From positions 1,915-65,914 of the forward strand of contig CADECP010000038.1 of NCBI GenBank assembly GCA_902825875.1: a DNA stretch of 64,000 nucleotides. Reading direction: 5' to 3'. This DNA is from an uncultured Acidobacteriota bacterium. GTDB lineage: Bacteria > Acidobacteriota > Blastocatellia > RBC074. How positions within the stretch are numbered: position 1 is the stretch's first letter; each line of letters opens with the position of its first letter. Position numbers and translations under genes: made by a program. Below the pieces are notes generated by a model. It ran no database searches and was not told the DNA's origin. It was given only the letters and a program-made list of their open reading frames with translations. Below, in pieces: positions 9,601 to 17,258 of the stretch.

Positions 9601-10254
9601 CACCGGCGGAACATAAGCGATGTTGTTGCCGCCCGCTTGTCCGTTGTTCGGAGCGCCGTCCAGCAGGAATTCGTTGCCGCGCGTCTGGCTGCCGTTGATC
9701 GTCCATTCGGCAATTGCGCCGTTGTCGAAAGGACGTTGCCAGATCGAAGCGCCGTAAAAATTCACGCCGGCGGTCAGCACGCCCAGCATAAACGGATTGC
9801 GCGCGTTGAGCGGCAATTCGACGACTTTCTGACGGTCAATGACGCCGCCACGATCCGCCGTGGCGGTTTCAATGACGGCAGCTTCGCCGGTGATCGTCAC
9901 GCTGTCGCTGACGTTGCCTGTTTCCAGCGCAAAGTCGAAAGTCGCCGCCTGCGAAATCACCAATTCGATGTTGTCGCGCGTGGCTTTTTTGAAGCCATTG
10001 GCCTCGACTGTGATTGAATACGCGCCGGGACGCAGAAAGGGAACTCTGTAATTGCCCTCGCTGTTGGTCGTTGCCGTCGAAACTTCGTTGGTTCCGATGT
10101 TTTTGACGGAAACTTGTGCGTTGGGGATTGCGGCTCGGTTGGCGTCAGTGACGCGACCAGTGACGGTCGCTCGAAAGTCTTGAGCCAGTGCCGAAGCAGT
10201 AAGTAGCAGAAAGCTGAAAACCAGAAGAGTTGAGAGTCGGAAAGTCCTGGTCAT
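6655..10254 (-). CDS. TonB-dependent outer-membrane receptor with an N-terminal carboxypeptidase-regulatory-like domain.
   Basis: A signal peptide is followed by ATVTGRVTD...GAYSITVEANGFKK, which is the CarbopepD_reg fold. The long beta-barrel body ends in a terminal Phe. This architecture is common among Acidobacteria TonB-dependent receptors. Confidence 0.75.
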   Translation of the reverse strand: MTRTFRLSTLLVFSFLLLTASALAQDFRATVTGRVTDANRAAIPNAQVSVKNIGTNEVSTATTNSEGNYRVPFLRPGAYSITVEANGFKKATRDNIELVISQAATFDFALETGNVSDSVTITGEAAVIETATADRGGVIDRQKVVELPLNARNPFMLGVLTAGVNFYGASIWQRPFDNGAIAEWTINGSQTRGNEFLLDGAPNNGQAGGNNIAYVPPVDSVQDFKIMTNTYDAQYGKTTGGIINVNLKSGTNALHGSVYEFMRREWLDANDFRLNATNRPRPKHWLDQYGFMVEGPVYIPWLYNGKDKTFFMFNYEGYREGVPSPLALSVPMPEMLDGDFSKLVDGAGRPIIIYDPLTGRADSTAPGGWRRDPFPGNKIPASRINPIAKKILGFQPKANRSDPVAGYARSNLFLPIPATDAFFNYVFKIDQQFNERHRMYVRFAQNDRTEDRNVNGVFSGPGQDGQQPFKRINDAFVVDHLATFSPTFIFNFRASFNRFIEDGFGEGNVGFDKTTLGFSPSLVSQVPGITSFGRYTFADYNALGRFRGNNITNTIASHPNITWIRGSQTWRAGVDMRWTQFITRNEGSPFLLTGTRGFTQSRFDQGDPNTGDSIASFLLGYVGGQSDYNLFPTTLGKYYAPWFQNDWKFNRRLTINLGLRWDVNVAPNERYDRLNRGFDANITNPANSLVNRTQFPNLPQLKGGLNFAGVGDIPRTAADVDWNNIQPRLGFAYLLKDKLVMRGGWGLYFVNPNNDYLQFNGFQITTPVINSNDGGRTPIGDILSNPFPTGITVPAGAAGGASTFLGRGFNFVNPQFQVPYVHQFSLGFQYQLPWESKLEISYVGNRTLKLQTTRPFNEPDLAFRQKCNPLEGGNPVFCNEQLPNPFRGLAPFAGTNHFTATGLSRFNLARPYPHFGGITEVTRNDGRIDYNSLQVTFEKRATRGLNITSTYTFSKQIEEWGFNDLQRGIKQRGLYLADRPHRFTVGAVYQLPFGEGQKLLNFKNGFLSKIFSGWQSSLIMQWQSGRPWDLNGNIQWINPDAYLKNIDWKGADQVWAFRTYADRNNPAVRSVCAARMLDNGTLALQSFSANLEGCSLANVDMIRVPNFAPRFTSFRSSTVRLHSPPSADLSFNKMTKITEKIGFQFRVEMFNFTNTYSYGVQHFTNNPDDRNFGSLFPRNAGNTQVAYPRHIQLAGKIIF

Positions 10255-10512
10255 TGGGTAACCTCACTTTGCTCTGGGCGAGTTGTTCGCCGATGAGTTG
10301 ATTGAAAAACCGGAGCGGAGAACTCACGGCAGCGGAATGCGCCACAGGTTAAACTGTGGTGTACAACAAACTACAAGAATCAAAATTCGGATCAGAAAGG
10401 CTCAGATTATGAGCGAGTGGTAAAACCAATTTAGGCGGGCGGATTATGTTTCGTGATGGTCATACCGTCAAGCTATTGGCGACGAGGAATCACAAAAAAA
10501 CAAAAAAGCCGA

Positions 10513-10555
10513 AACACGCCTGGCAAGTTCGATTCAGAAAACCAGCCAGGCGTGC
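10513..10555 (-). terminator. Rho-independent terminator for the small minus-strand gene.
   Basis: The CACGCCTGG/CCAGGCGTG stem is followed, on the minus strand, by a TTTCGGCTTTTTTGTTTTTTTGTG T-tract. Confidence 0.5.
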
Positions 10556-10574
10556 GGCTGTGGAGCGCGAGAGC

Positions 10575-10973
10575 TTATTGGGTGATTTTTTTTCGTTTCG
10601 GTGCAGGCGCGCGATGCTGAGCGGCAGGCAGTTCAGTTTGTTTGCCAGTCGCCGAAGTCGCCGAAGTTGCCGAAGGCGAAACTTGGGCGATGACTCCCAA
10701 ACTGGAAAGGCCAAATCCGACCAGGGTCAGAATGGTCAAAAACAATGCCACGAAAACCGCAAAGCTGAACATGCCTTGCATAAACCGAATCGGACTTGCG
10801 GTTCGATATGATTTTGTTGGCTGTATGTTCGAGGTCTGGCGGTTCAGGAATTCCTGATACCGTGTGAGATATCTGGAAAAACCGGTTTGAGTTTCGGCAG
10901 TTGATTCAGTGGCGGAACCGAATTCGGTTGCGCCGGACACATCAGACAAAATGGACAGTCGTTGTAATTTCAT
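10575..10973 (-). CDS. Hypothetical single-pass membrane protein of about 132 aa.
   Basis: A GGAAGGAGG ribosome-binding site lies 7 nt upstream of the ATG (MKLQRL...). There is one hydrophobic helix (FSFAVFVALFLTILTLVGFGL) and a Ser/Thr/Ala-rich tail, with a terminator downstream. Confidence 0.45.
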   Translation of the reverse strand: MKLQRLSILSDVSGATEFGSATESTAETQTGFSRYLTRYQEFLNRQTSNIQPTKSYRTASPIRFMQGMFSFAVFVALFLTILTLVGFGLSSLGVIAQVSPSATSATSATGKQTELPAAQHRAPAPKRKKITQ

Positions 10974-11501
10974 CTCAAGCCTCCTTCCTGGCATGACAAG
11001 TGAACAAAACGCGAATGGCCCACGAGCAAATTGGAAGACACACTGCGGGGCGAATCGGGGCGTTATCTGGGGCAAGGAAGCCGTACACGAGATTTGGGGC
11101 TAAAAGTCGCTGGCTTTATCGTCGCTTAGGGCGCGATTGGTATTTCAGTTGGTTTTCAAATCTTCTCGGATGCGTGTGTGTTGAATGTGCCAAATGGCTG
11201 AAGCAGCCTTCTCGGTGATAAGCCGATAGGTGCTTTTGTGCTTTGAGATGCTTTTCAAATTTTAGGGGGAAATGAATTAACCGCTTCGATTGACGGGCGG
11301 ATCATAAAAAGCCGCGACTCATCTGTCAACGAAGAGTCGGGAAAAGTCTTGGAGGGTGGGGAAAGTTTTTGGAAGCCGGACTTGCCCGGACTTCCCAAGA
11401 CTTATGACGGTTTGCATACACAAAACTTTGAATTACTATGCGGCCTCGCCTTGGAATTCCTTCCGCAAAAAAGATTGAACACAGTTTGGAGGTTTTCAGC
11501 A

Positions 11502-13151
11502 GTGAGAAAACAGTGGCATCGGATTTCGATTCTTTCCATGACTGTAGCTTTGTTGGTTGGGTTGGCAGTTTTGCGACCGCAAGCCGTGACCAATGATCGT
11601 CTGGCTCAGGAAAAGCTCGCGCGCGATTACATTCAGGCGATGGAATTGGTGCGCGAAAATTACATCCGCGAAGTGGATTACGAAACGCTGACCACGGCTG
11701 CGATTTCCGGGATGTTGCGCGTGCTTGACCCTCACTCGAATTTTTACGACCGAAAAGCTTTTGAAGAAATGCGGCAGGAACAGCGCAGCCAGTATTTCGG
11801 CATTGGCGCTTCGATTCAGTCGCGGCATCGCGGCGTGTACATCATGGAAACGTTCAAGGACACGCCTGCGGCTCGCGCCGGATTGCGCTACGGCGACCAG
11901 ATCGTCAAAGTGGATGGCGAAAGTTCCGAAAGCTGGGATTCCGATAAAGTCCGCGACAATTTGCGCGGCGAACTCGGCACCGAAGTCAACGTCACTGTCT
12001 TGCGCGAAGGCGTCGCCCAACCGATCACAGTTACGCTGGAACGCGCCGCCGTTGACCTGCCTTCGATTTCCAGCCACTACATTCTGAAACCCGGCACGGG
12101 ATACATCGCCCTGTCGCGCGGATTTCATTCCACCACCAGTGACGAATTGACCAACGCGATCAACAATCTGAAAGAGCAGGGAATGAATCAACTGGTTCTG
12201 GATTTACGTGGCAATCCCGGAGGATTTCTGGACCAGGCGATTCGTGTTTCCGACAAGTTTCTGCAACGCGGCCAGGTCGTCGTTTCCGTACGCAACCGCG
12301 AAGGCAAAGCAAGCGACAAGGATTGGACGGCGGAATCCGGTTCGCCGGAAAACTTCCCCGTGGTGGTGTTGATTGACGACGGTTCGGCGTCGGCTTCGGA
12401 AATTGTCGCCGGAGCGATTCAGGATCACGACCGTGGTTTGATCGTCGGCGAACCGAGTTTTGGCAAAGGTTTGGTGCAAACGATTTATCCGCTTTCGGGC
12501 GGAACCGGGTTGACGCTGACGACGGCTCGATACTTTACGCCTAGCGGGCGATTGATTCAACGCGATTATTCCAGCGGTTCGATTTACGAATACCATTTCC
12601 GCCGCACGGCCAACGGCGATGTCAAACCCGAAGACAAGACGAAAAATCAGATGCGCCGCACCGATTTGGGCCGAGTCGTTTATGGCGGCGGCGGAATCGA
12701 ACCCGATGTCAAAGTTGAACCCGTGCTCATCAAAAACGAACAAGGCGCAATTTGGACGACCGGTCTGTTTTTGTTCGTTCGCAAATTGATGGCGGGTGAA
12801 GTGGTTTCGGCTCCGAGTTTCAAACGCAACGGCATCGAATTCGATCATCAACCGCAACTCAATGAATTCGTCGTCAATGACGAAATACTGAAAGCTTACC
12901 GGGCGTTTATGGAACAGTTCATTGCTCAGAATCAGGATTACGGCCTGACGATGAAAATGGTGGATGACCATCTGGGATGGTCGCGCCGCAAAATTCGTGA
13001 AGAAGTTTTGCTGGCGGCTTACGGCGCTGACACACAACGCCGCATGATTGCCGATGAAGATGTGCAGCTTCAGAAAGCTCTGGCCGAGATGAACAATTCA
13101 GCGCAGTTGGCTGAAAAGGCTAGGCGGTTGTCGAAGTCATCGAAAAAGTAG
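11502..13151 (+). CDS. ctpA: Carboxyl-terminal processing protease (peptidase S41A) with a PDZ domain.
   Basis: The S41 motifs RGNPGG, DDGSASASEIVAG and GEPSFGKG are present, together with a PDZ segment (GIGASIQSRHRGVYIMETFKDTPAARAGLRYGDQIVKVDG). The start is probably the GTG at 11502, which has a GGAGG ribosome-binding site, or the ATG at 11538. The track ORF begins earlier at 11349. Confidence 0.8.
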   Translation: MRKQWHRISILSMTVALLVGLAVLRPQAVTNDRLAQEKLARDYIQAMELVRENYIREVDYETLTTAAISGMLRVLDPHSNFYDRKAFEEMRQEQRSQYFGIGASIQSRHRGVYIMETFKDTPAARAGLRYGDQIVKVDGESSESWDSDKVRDNLRGELGTEVNVTVLREGVAQPITVTLERAAVDLPSISSHYILKPGTGYIALSRGFHSTTSDELTNAINNLKEQGMNQLVLDLRGNPGGFLDQAIRVSDKFLQRGQVVVSVRNREGKASDKDWTAESGSPENFPVVVLIDDGSASASEIVAGAIQDHDRGLIVGEPSFGKGLVQTIYPLSGGTGLTLTTARYFTPSGRLIQRDYSSGSIYEYHFRRTANGDVKPEDKTKNQMRRTDLGRVVYGGGGIEPDVKVEPVLIKNEQGAIWTTGLFLFVRKLMAGEVVSAPSFKRNGIEFDHQPQLNEFVVNDEILKAYRAFMEQFIAQNQDYGLTMKMVDDHLGWSRRKIREEVLLAAYGADTQRRMIADEDVQLQKALAEMNNSAQLAEKARRLSKSSKK

Positions 13152-13154
13152 TGA

Positions 13155-13180
13155 GTGGGACAATTTTCCAAATTGTCCCG
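13155..13180. repeat. 26-nt palindrome TGGGACAATTTTCCAAATTGTCCCA, copy 1.
   Basis: It is a perfect palindrome 4 nt after the ctpA stop. A near-identical copy lies at 43435-43461, and half-sites occur at 13224, 13537 and 59362. Confidence 0.7.
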
Positions 13181-13223
13181 TCGGTGAGCGGCGCTTGATT
13201 GAATTCTGTAAGGTAATTTGTTG

Positions 13224-13547
13224 TTGGGACAATTTGAAAACTGATGTTACGCGATGGCAGATCAAATAAAGCGTTTGACAGTTTCTTCGTCCCGGCAGGG
13301 ACGGTTGAAATTAGCGTGGCGTTTTAACGCCGGGTAGAGGAGCCGTTTTCTGCCGAGTCCTGTCAGGACGCTTGAATCCTGTTCTGGCGGAAATTCAAGC
13401 GTCCCGACAGGACGCCGATTCATTCGCTGCTTTTCCCGGCAGTGAACTGCCGGGCTAATATCAAACCGTCCCTGCCGGGACGAAAACCGTGTCAAACCCA
13501 ATGTTCGACTCTTTAGCGCGTAACATCAGTTGAAAACTTGTCCCAAC
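13224..13547. repeat. Roughly 330-nt highly structured intergenic element bounded by 30-nt terminal inverted repeats (candidate ncRNA or MITE).
   Basis: The terminal inverted repeats are TTGGGACAATTTGAAAACTGATGTTACGCG at 13224-13253 and CGCGTAACATCAGTTGAAAACTTGTCCCAAC at 13517-13547. A second long-range helix pairs 13271-13306 with 13466-13498. Three internal hairpins lie at 13319-13332, 13367-13413 (21-bp stem) and 13434-13454. There is no credible ORF. Confidence 0.5.
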
Positions 13548-13704
13548 TGTTATCTGAACCCTGTAAAATCTTGTAAAAGCTTTCCCCGAAACCTTGCAAT
13601 CCTCAGCCAAAGGAACAAAATCCGAACTGACCGGGTTTGTTGGACGTACTGCAAGCTCGCCAACCGAATTCCAATTTTGATCGAAGAAAATCAGGAGTTG
13701 ATTT

Positions 13705-16700
13705 ATGACCAAGCCAATCTTGTCGCTGCTTCTTGCTGTGGCTTTGGCCAGCGTGTGTCTGGCGCAAGGTGAAGCAACGCTGTTTCAGAAGCCTACTGTT
13801 AATCAAACCCACATCGTTTTCGTTTATGCCGGTGATTTGTGGAGCGTTCCGCGCACAGGCGGAGACGCCAAACGATTGACCACAGGCATCGGCACAGAAA
13901 CCAATCCGTATTTTTCTCCCGACGGAACGCAGGTCGCGTTCACTGGTGAATACGACGGAAACACAGATGTGTACGTTGTGCCTGCGACGGGCGGAGTTCC
14001 GAAACGGCTGACCTTTCATCCCGGCCCGGACATTGCTGCCGGATGGACGCCGGATGGCAAACGTGTCTTGTTCAGTTCCGGGCGTAACAGTTACGCGGGG
14101 TTTGTTCGATTGTTTACCGTCGGGGTTGAAGGCGGCAATTCTTCTTCTGGAGGCTTGCCTGAAGAATTGCCGTTGCCAATGGGCGAACGCGGAGCTTATT
14201 CAGCAGACGCGACTCGCATTGCTTACGAGCCGTTGAATCAGTGGCAGCCCGAATGGAAACGGTATTACGGCGGTCAGCAAGACGTGATCTGGATTGCCAA
14301 ACTTTCCGATTCGACGATTGAAAAACTCCCGCGCAAAGGCGGCAACGACCGTTATCCGATGTGGGTTGGAGATCGAATTTTCTTCCTGTCTGACCGCGAC
14401 GAACGTTACGCGCTGTACAGTTACGACGTGAAAACCAAGAAGACAGACTTGCTGGTCAAAGACAGCGTCTTCGACATCAAAACGGCTTCGGCCTGGAGCG
14501 GAGACGCCAAATCCTCAGCGGCGATTGCTTTTGAACAATTCGGCACGATTCACCTGTACGACCTGAAAACCAACAAAGCTCAGAAAGTCAGCATTCGCGT
14601 GGCCGCCGATCAACTGGCGATGCGTCCGCGATTTGAACGAGTCGGCCAGCGTATTTTCAATACGCACATTTCGCCGACCGGCGCTCGCGCAGTGTTTGAA
14701 GCTCGCGGCGAAATCATCACAGTGCCCGCCGAAAAAGGCGATCCGCGAAATCTGACCAACACTCCCGGCGTGATGGAGCGCGATCCGGCCTGGTCGCCAG
14801 ACGGCAAATGGATTGCCTACTTCAGCGAAGAATCCGGCGAATACGCTTTGCACCTGCGCGATCAAAAAGGCGAAGGCGAAGTGAAGAAATTTGCCTTGCC
14901 GCCGACGTTTTACGCTTCGCCGACGTGGTCGCCCGACAGCAAGAAATTTGCTTTCACCGACAAGAAACTTCAGCTTTGGTATTTGGAAATAGACAAAGGG
15001 CAGCCGGTCAAAGTGGACGCCAACCCAATTGGCTTCAACGAAGATGTGATGGACCCGGTTTGGTCGCCCGATAGCCGCTGGCTGACTTACACCAAACAGC
15101 TTCCGAATTTGCTGCGCGCTGTGTTTGTGTATTCGCTGGAAACCGGCAAAGCGAATCAGGTGACGGATTCGCTGGGCGATGCGCGTTTTCCGGCGTTTGA
15201 TCGCAGCGGCAAGTATCTGTACTTCACGGCCAGCACTAACCTGGGGCCGAGCATCAGCTTTGCCGATTTGTCAGGTTTCGGAAATCAGCCGACCCGCAGC
15301 GTTTATGCGATTGTGCTTCGCAACGACATTCCTTCGCCGCTGGCTCCCGAAAGTGACGAAGAGAAAATCGCCGAAGAGAAGAAGCCTGACGCGGCGAGTG
15401 GGGGACAGGGCGACGGGGCGAAACCTGCGACTCCACCAGCGCCACCAGCCGGAGCAACTCCACCTGCCGCAGCGGCGACGCCTCCAGCCAAGAAGGACGA
15501 ACCGACGCGCATTGATCTGGAAGGCATTGACCAGCGCGTCATTGCCTTGCCGATTCCCAACCGAAACTATCAAGGCTTGATGGCTGGCAAAGCGAACGTG
15601 ATTTACATCATTGAACAACTGGCTGGCGCAACTGCGCCGGGTTACACGGTTCAAAAATACGATCTGGAAAAACGCAAACTGGACAAAGCTCTGGACGGAG
15701 TCGCGGCGTTTGAGATTTCAGCCAACGGCGAAAAGGCGCTGTATCGGCAAGGTTTCGGCAGTTGGGTGATCGGTTCGGTTGCAACGCTCGGAGCGCCAAT
15801 GCCTCCGGGAGCGCCGGGCGGCCCCAGCATGCTGAAAGTCGCCGACATGGAAGTCCGCGTTGATCCTCAAGTCGAATGGCGGCAGATGTATAACGAAGTC
15901 TGGCGCAACGAACGCGATTTCTTTTACGACAAAAACCTGCACGGTTTGAATCTGGAAGAGATGAAGAAGCGTTACGCGCCTTATGTCGAAGCCGTAGCCC
16001 ATCGCAGCGATTTGACCTATCTGTTCACAGACATGCTGAATCAACTGACGATTGGCCACATGTTTATTTTTGGCGGAGATCAGCCCAGCCCGAACTTCGT
16101 GCCCGGCGGATTGCTCGGCGCGGATTACAAAATCGAAAATGGGCGTTATCGCTTTGCCAAAGTTTTCAACGGCGAAAACTGGAATCCGAATTTGCGGGCG
16201 CCGCTGACCGCACCGGGCATTAACGTCAAAGAAGGCGAATACCTGCTGGCCGTCGGCGGTCGTGAATTGCGTTCAATCGACAGCGTGTATCAATTCCTGG
16301 AATCGAAAGCCGGTAAGCAGGTGGTCATCAAAGTCGGCGCGAACGCCGACGGTTCGAATTCGCGCGAAGTGACGGTCGTTCCCGTCGGCAGCGAACAGGG
16401 CTTGAGGTATCTGGCCTGGATCGAAGGCAATCGCCGTAAAGTGGATCAGTTGTCAGGCGGCAAACTGGCTTATCTGCACATGCCTGACACGGCCAACGGC
16501 GGTTACGACAGCTTCAACCGGTACTTTTTCGCGCAAACCAACAAGAACGGAATCTTGCTGGACGAACGCTTTAACAACGGCGGATTGCTGGCCGATTACG
16601 TCGTTCAACTGCTGAGCCGCCAGCAACTGAGCAACATTCATTACCGCGAAGGCGGCCAGGACGTGCCGGTTCCTGCCGGAGCGATTTACGGTCCGAAGGC

Positions 16701-17112
16701 AATGCTGATTAACGAACTCGCCGGTTCGGGCGGAGACGCCATGCCCTGGTATTTCAAAAAATCCAAGCTTGGTCCGCTGGTTGGCAAAAAGACCTGGGGC
16801 GGTTTGATCGCTGCTTTCGGCGCGCCGCCTTTGATGGATGGCGGCGGAAACACCGCGCCGGACGCGGCGATTTACGGCTTGGACGGCGAATGGGAAGTTG
16901 AAAACGCCGGAGTCGCGCCCGACATCGAAGTCGAATTCGATCCGGCGCTCTGGCGGCAAGGACGTGATCCGCAACTGGAACGCGCGGTCGAATACCTGCT
17001 GGAAGAACTGAAGAAGAATCCGCCGAAGCAATACAAACGCCCGGCGTTTCCAAACTATTTCAAAAACGCAGCGCCTGCGCCCGCTGGTCAGGGTGGACGC
17101 GGTAATCAATAG
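13705..17112 (+). CDS. Tricorn-protease homologue (peptidase S41B: TolB-like beta-propellers, PDZ and S41 catalytic domain), secreted, paralogue 1.
   Basis: The 1135-aa protein has a signal peptide and TolB-like propeller blades (NPYFSPDGTQVAFTGEYDGNTDVYVV). Its C-terminal S41 region carries GSGGD and KKTWGG motifs. Length and domain order match tricorn. Confidence 0.75.
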   Translation: MTKPILSLLLAVALASVCLAQGEATLFQKPTVNQTHIVFVYAGDLWSVPRTGGDAKRLTTGIGTETNPYFSPDGTQVAFTGEYDGNTDVYVVPATGGVPKRLTFHPGPDIAAGWTPDGKRVLFSSGRNSYAGFVRLFTVGVEGGNSSSGGLPEELPLPMGERGAYSADATRIAYEPLNQWQPEWKRYYGGQQDVIWIAKLSDSTIEKLPRKGGNDRYPMWVGDRIFFLSDRDERYALYSYDVKTKKTDLLVKDSVFDIKTASAWSGDAKSSAAIAFEQFGTIHLYDLKTNKAQKVSIRVAADQLAMRPRFERVGQRIFNTHISPTGARAVFEARGEIITVPAEKGDPRNLTNTPGVMERDPAWSPDGKWIAYFSEESGEYALHLRDQKGEGEVKKFALPPTFYASPTWSPDSKKFAFTDKKLQLWYLEIDKGQPVKVDANPIGFNEDVMDPVWSPDSRWLTYTKQLPNLLRAVFVYSLETGKANQVTDSLGDARFPAFDRSGKYLYFTASTNLGPSISFADLSGFGNQPTRSVYAIVLRNDIPSPLAPESDEEKIAEEKKPDAASGGQGDGAKPATPPAPPAGATPPAAAATPPAKKDEPTRIDLEGIDQRVIALPIPNRNYQGLMAGKANVIYIIEQLAGATAPGYTVQKYDLEKRKLDKALDGVAAFEISANGEKALYRQGFGSWVIGSVATLGAPMPPGAPGGPSMLKVADMEVRVDPQVEWRQMYNEVWRNERDFFYDKNLHGLNLEEMKKRYAPYVEAVAHRSDLTYLFTDMLNQLTIGHMFIFGGDQPSPNFVPGGLLGADYKIENGRYRFAKVFNGENWNPNLRAPLTAPGINVKEGEYLLAVGGRELRSIDSVYQFLESKAGKQVVIKVGANADGSNSREVTVVPVGSEQGLRYLAWIEGNRRKVDQLSGGKLAYLHMPDTANGGYDSFNRYFFAQTNKNGILLDERFNNGGLLADYVVQLLSRQQLSNIHYREGGQDVPVPAGAIYGPKAMLINELAGSGGDAMPWYFKKSKLGPLVGKKTWGGLIAAFGAPPLMDGGGNTAPDAAIYGLDGEWEVENAGVAPDIEVEFDPALWRQGRDPQLERAVEYLLEELKKNPPKQYKRPAFPNYFKNAAPAPAGQGGRGNQ

Positions 17113-17235
17113 AAGCAAGATTTGGAGTGCTGCGACTCGGCGCAGCTTTGTGTTCGCGGTAGAAGGCTTGCTGGTATAGAAAACCTTCTACCGCGAACGA
17201 AAAGCGGTGGCAGGCCACGCGCACTCCAAATCACT
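17113..17235. repeat. REP-like intergenic repeat, family B, copy 2.
   Basis: A GCGCAGCTTTG head is followed by a GTTCGCGGTAGAAGG/CCTTCTACCGCGAAC 15-bp hairpin and then the GAACGAAAAGCGGTGGCAGGCCACGCGCACTCCAAATC tail shared with 1484-1515. Confidence 0.55.
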
Positions 17236-17258
17236 TCTGCAACCTTTGGGAGGGAACA

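Noticed and set aside
11349-11501. The upstream extension of the ctpA ORF (MEGGESFWKPDLPGLPK...).
   Set aside because: It has no ribosome-binding site and overlaps a hairpin-rich leader. The GTG at 11502 has a GGAGG ribosome-binding site and precedes the signal-anchor-like hydrophobic stretch, so the extension is probably not translated.
13262-13501. A 79-aa minus-strand ORF inside the structured element, and the possibility that the element is RNase P RNA, tmRNA or 6S RNA.
   Set aside because: The ORF has no ribosome-binding site and lies entirely in palindromic sequence. The region lacks the RNase P P4 consensus (GGAAAGUCCGG/ACAGAAAG), a tmRNA tag-reading frame with a 3' CCA-acceptor arm, and the 6S central-bubble layout. 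It is kept as an unassigned structured element.
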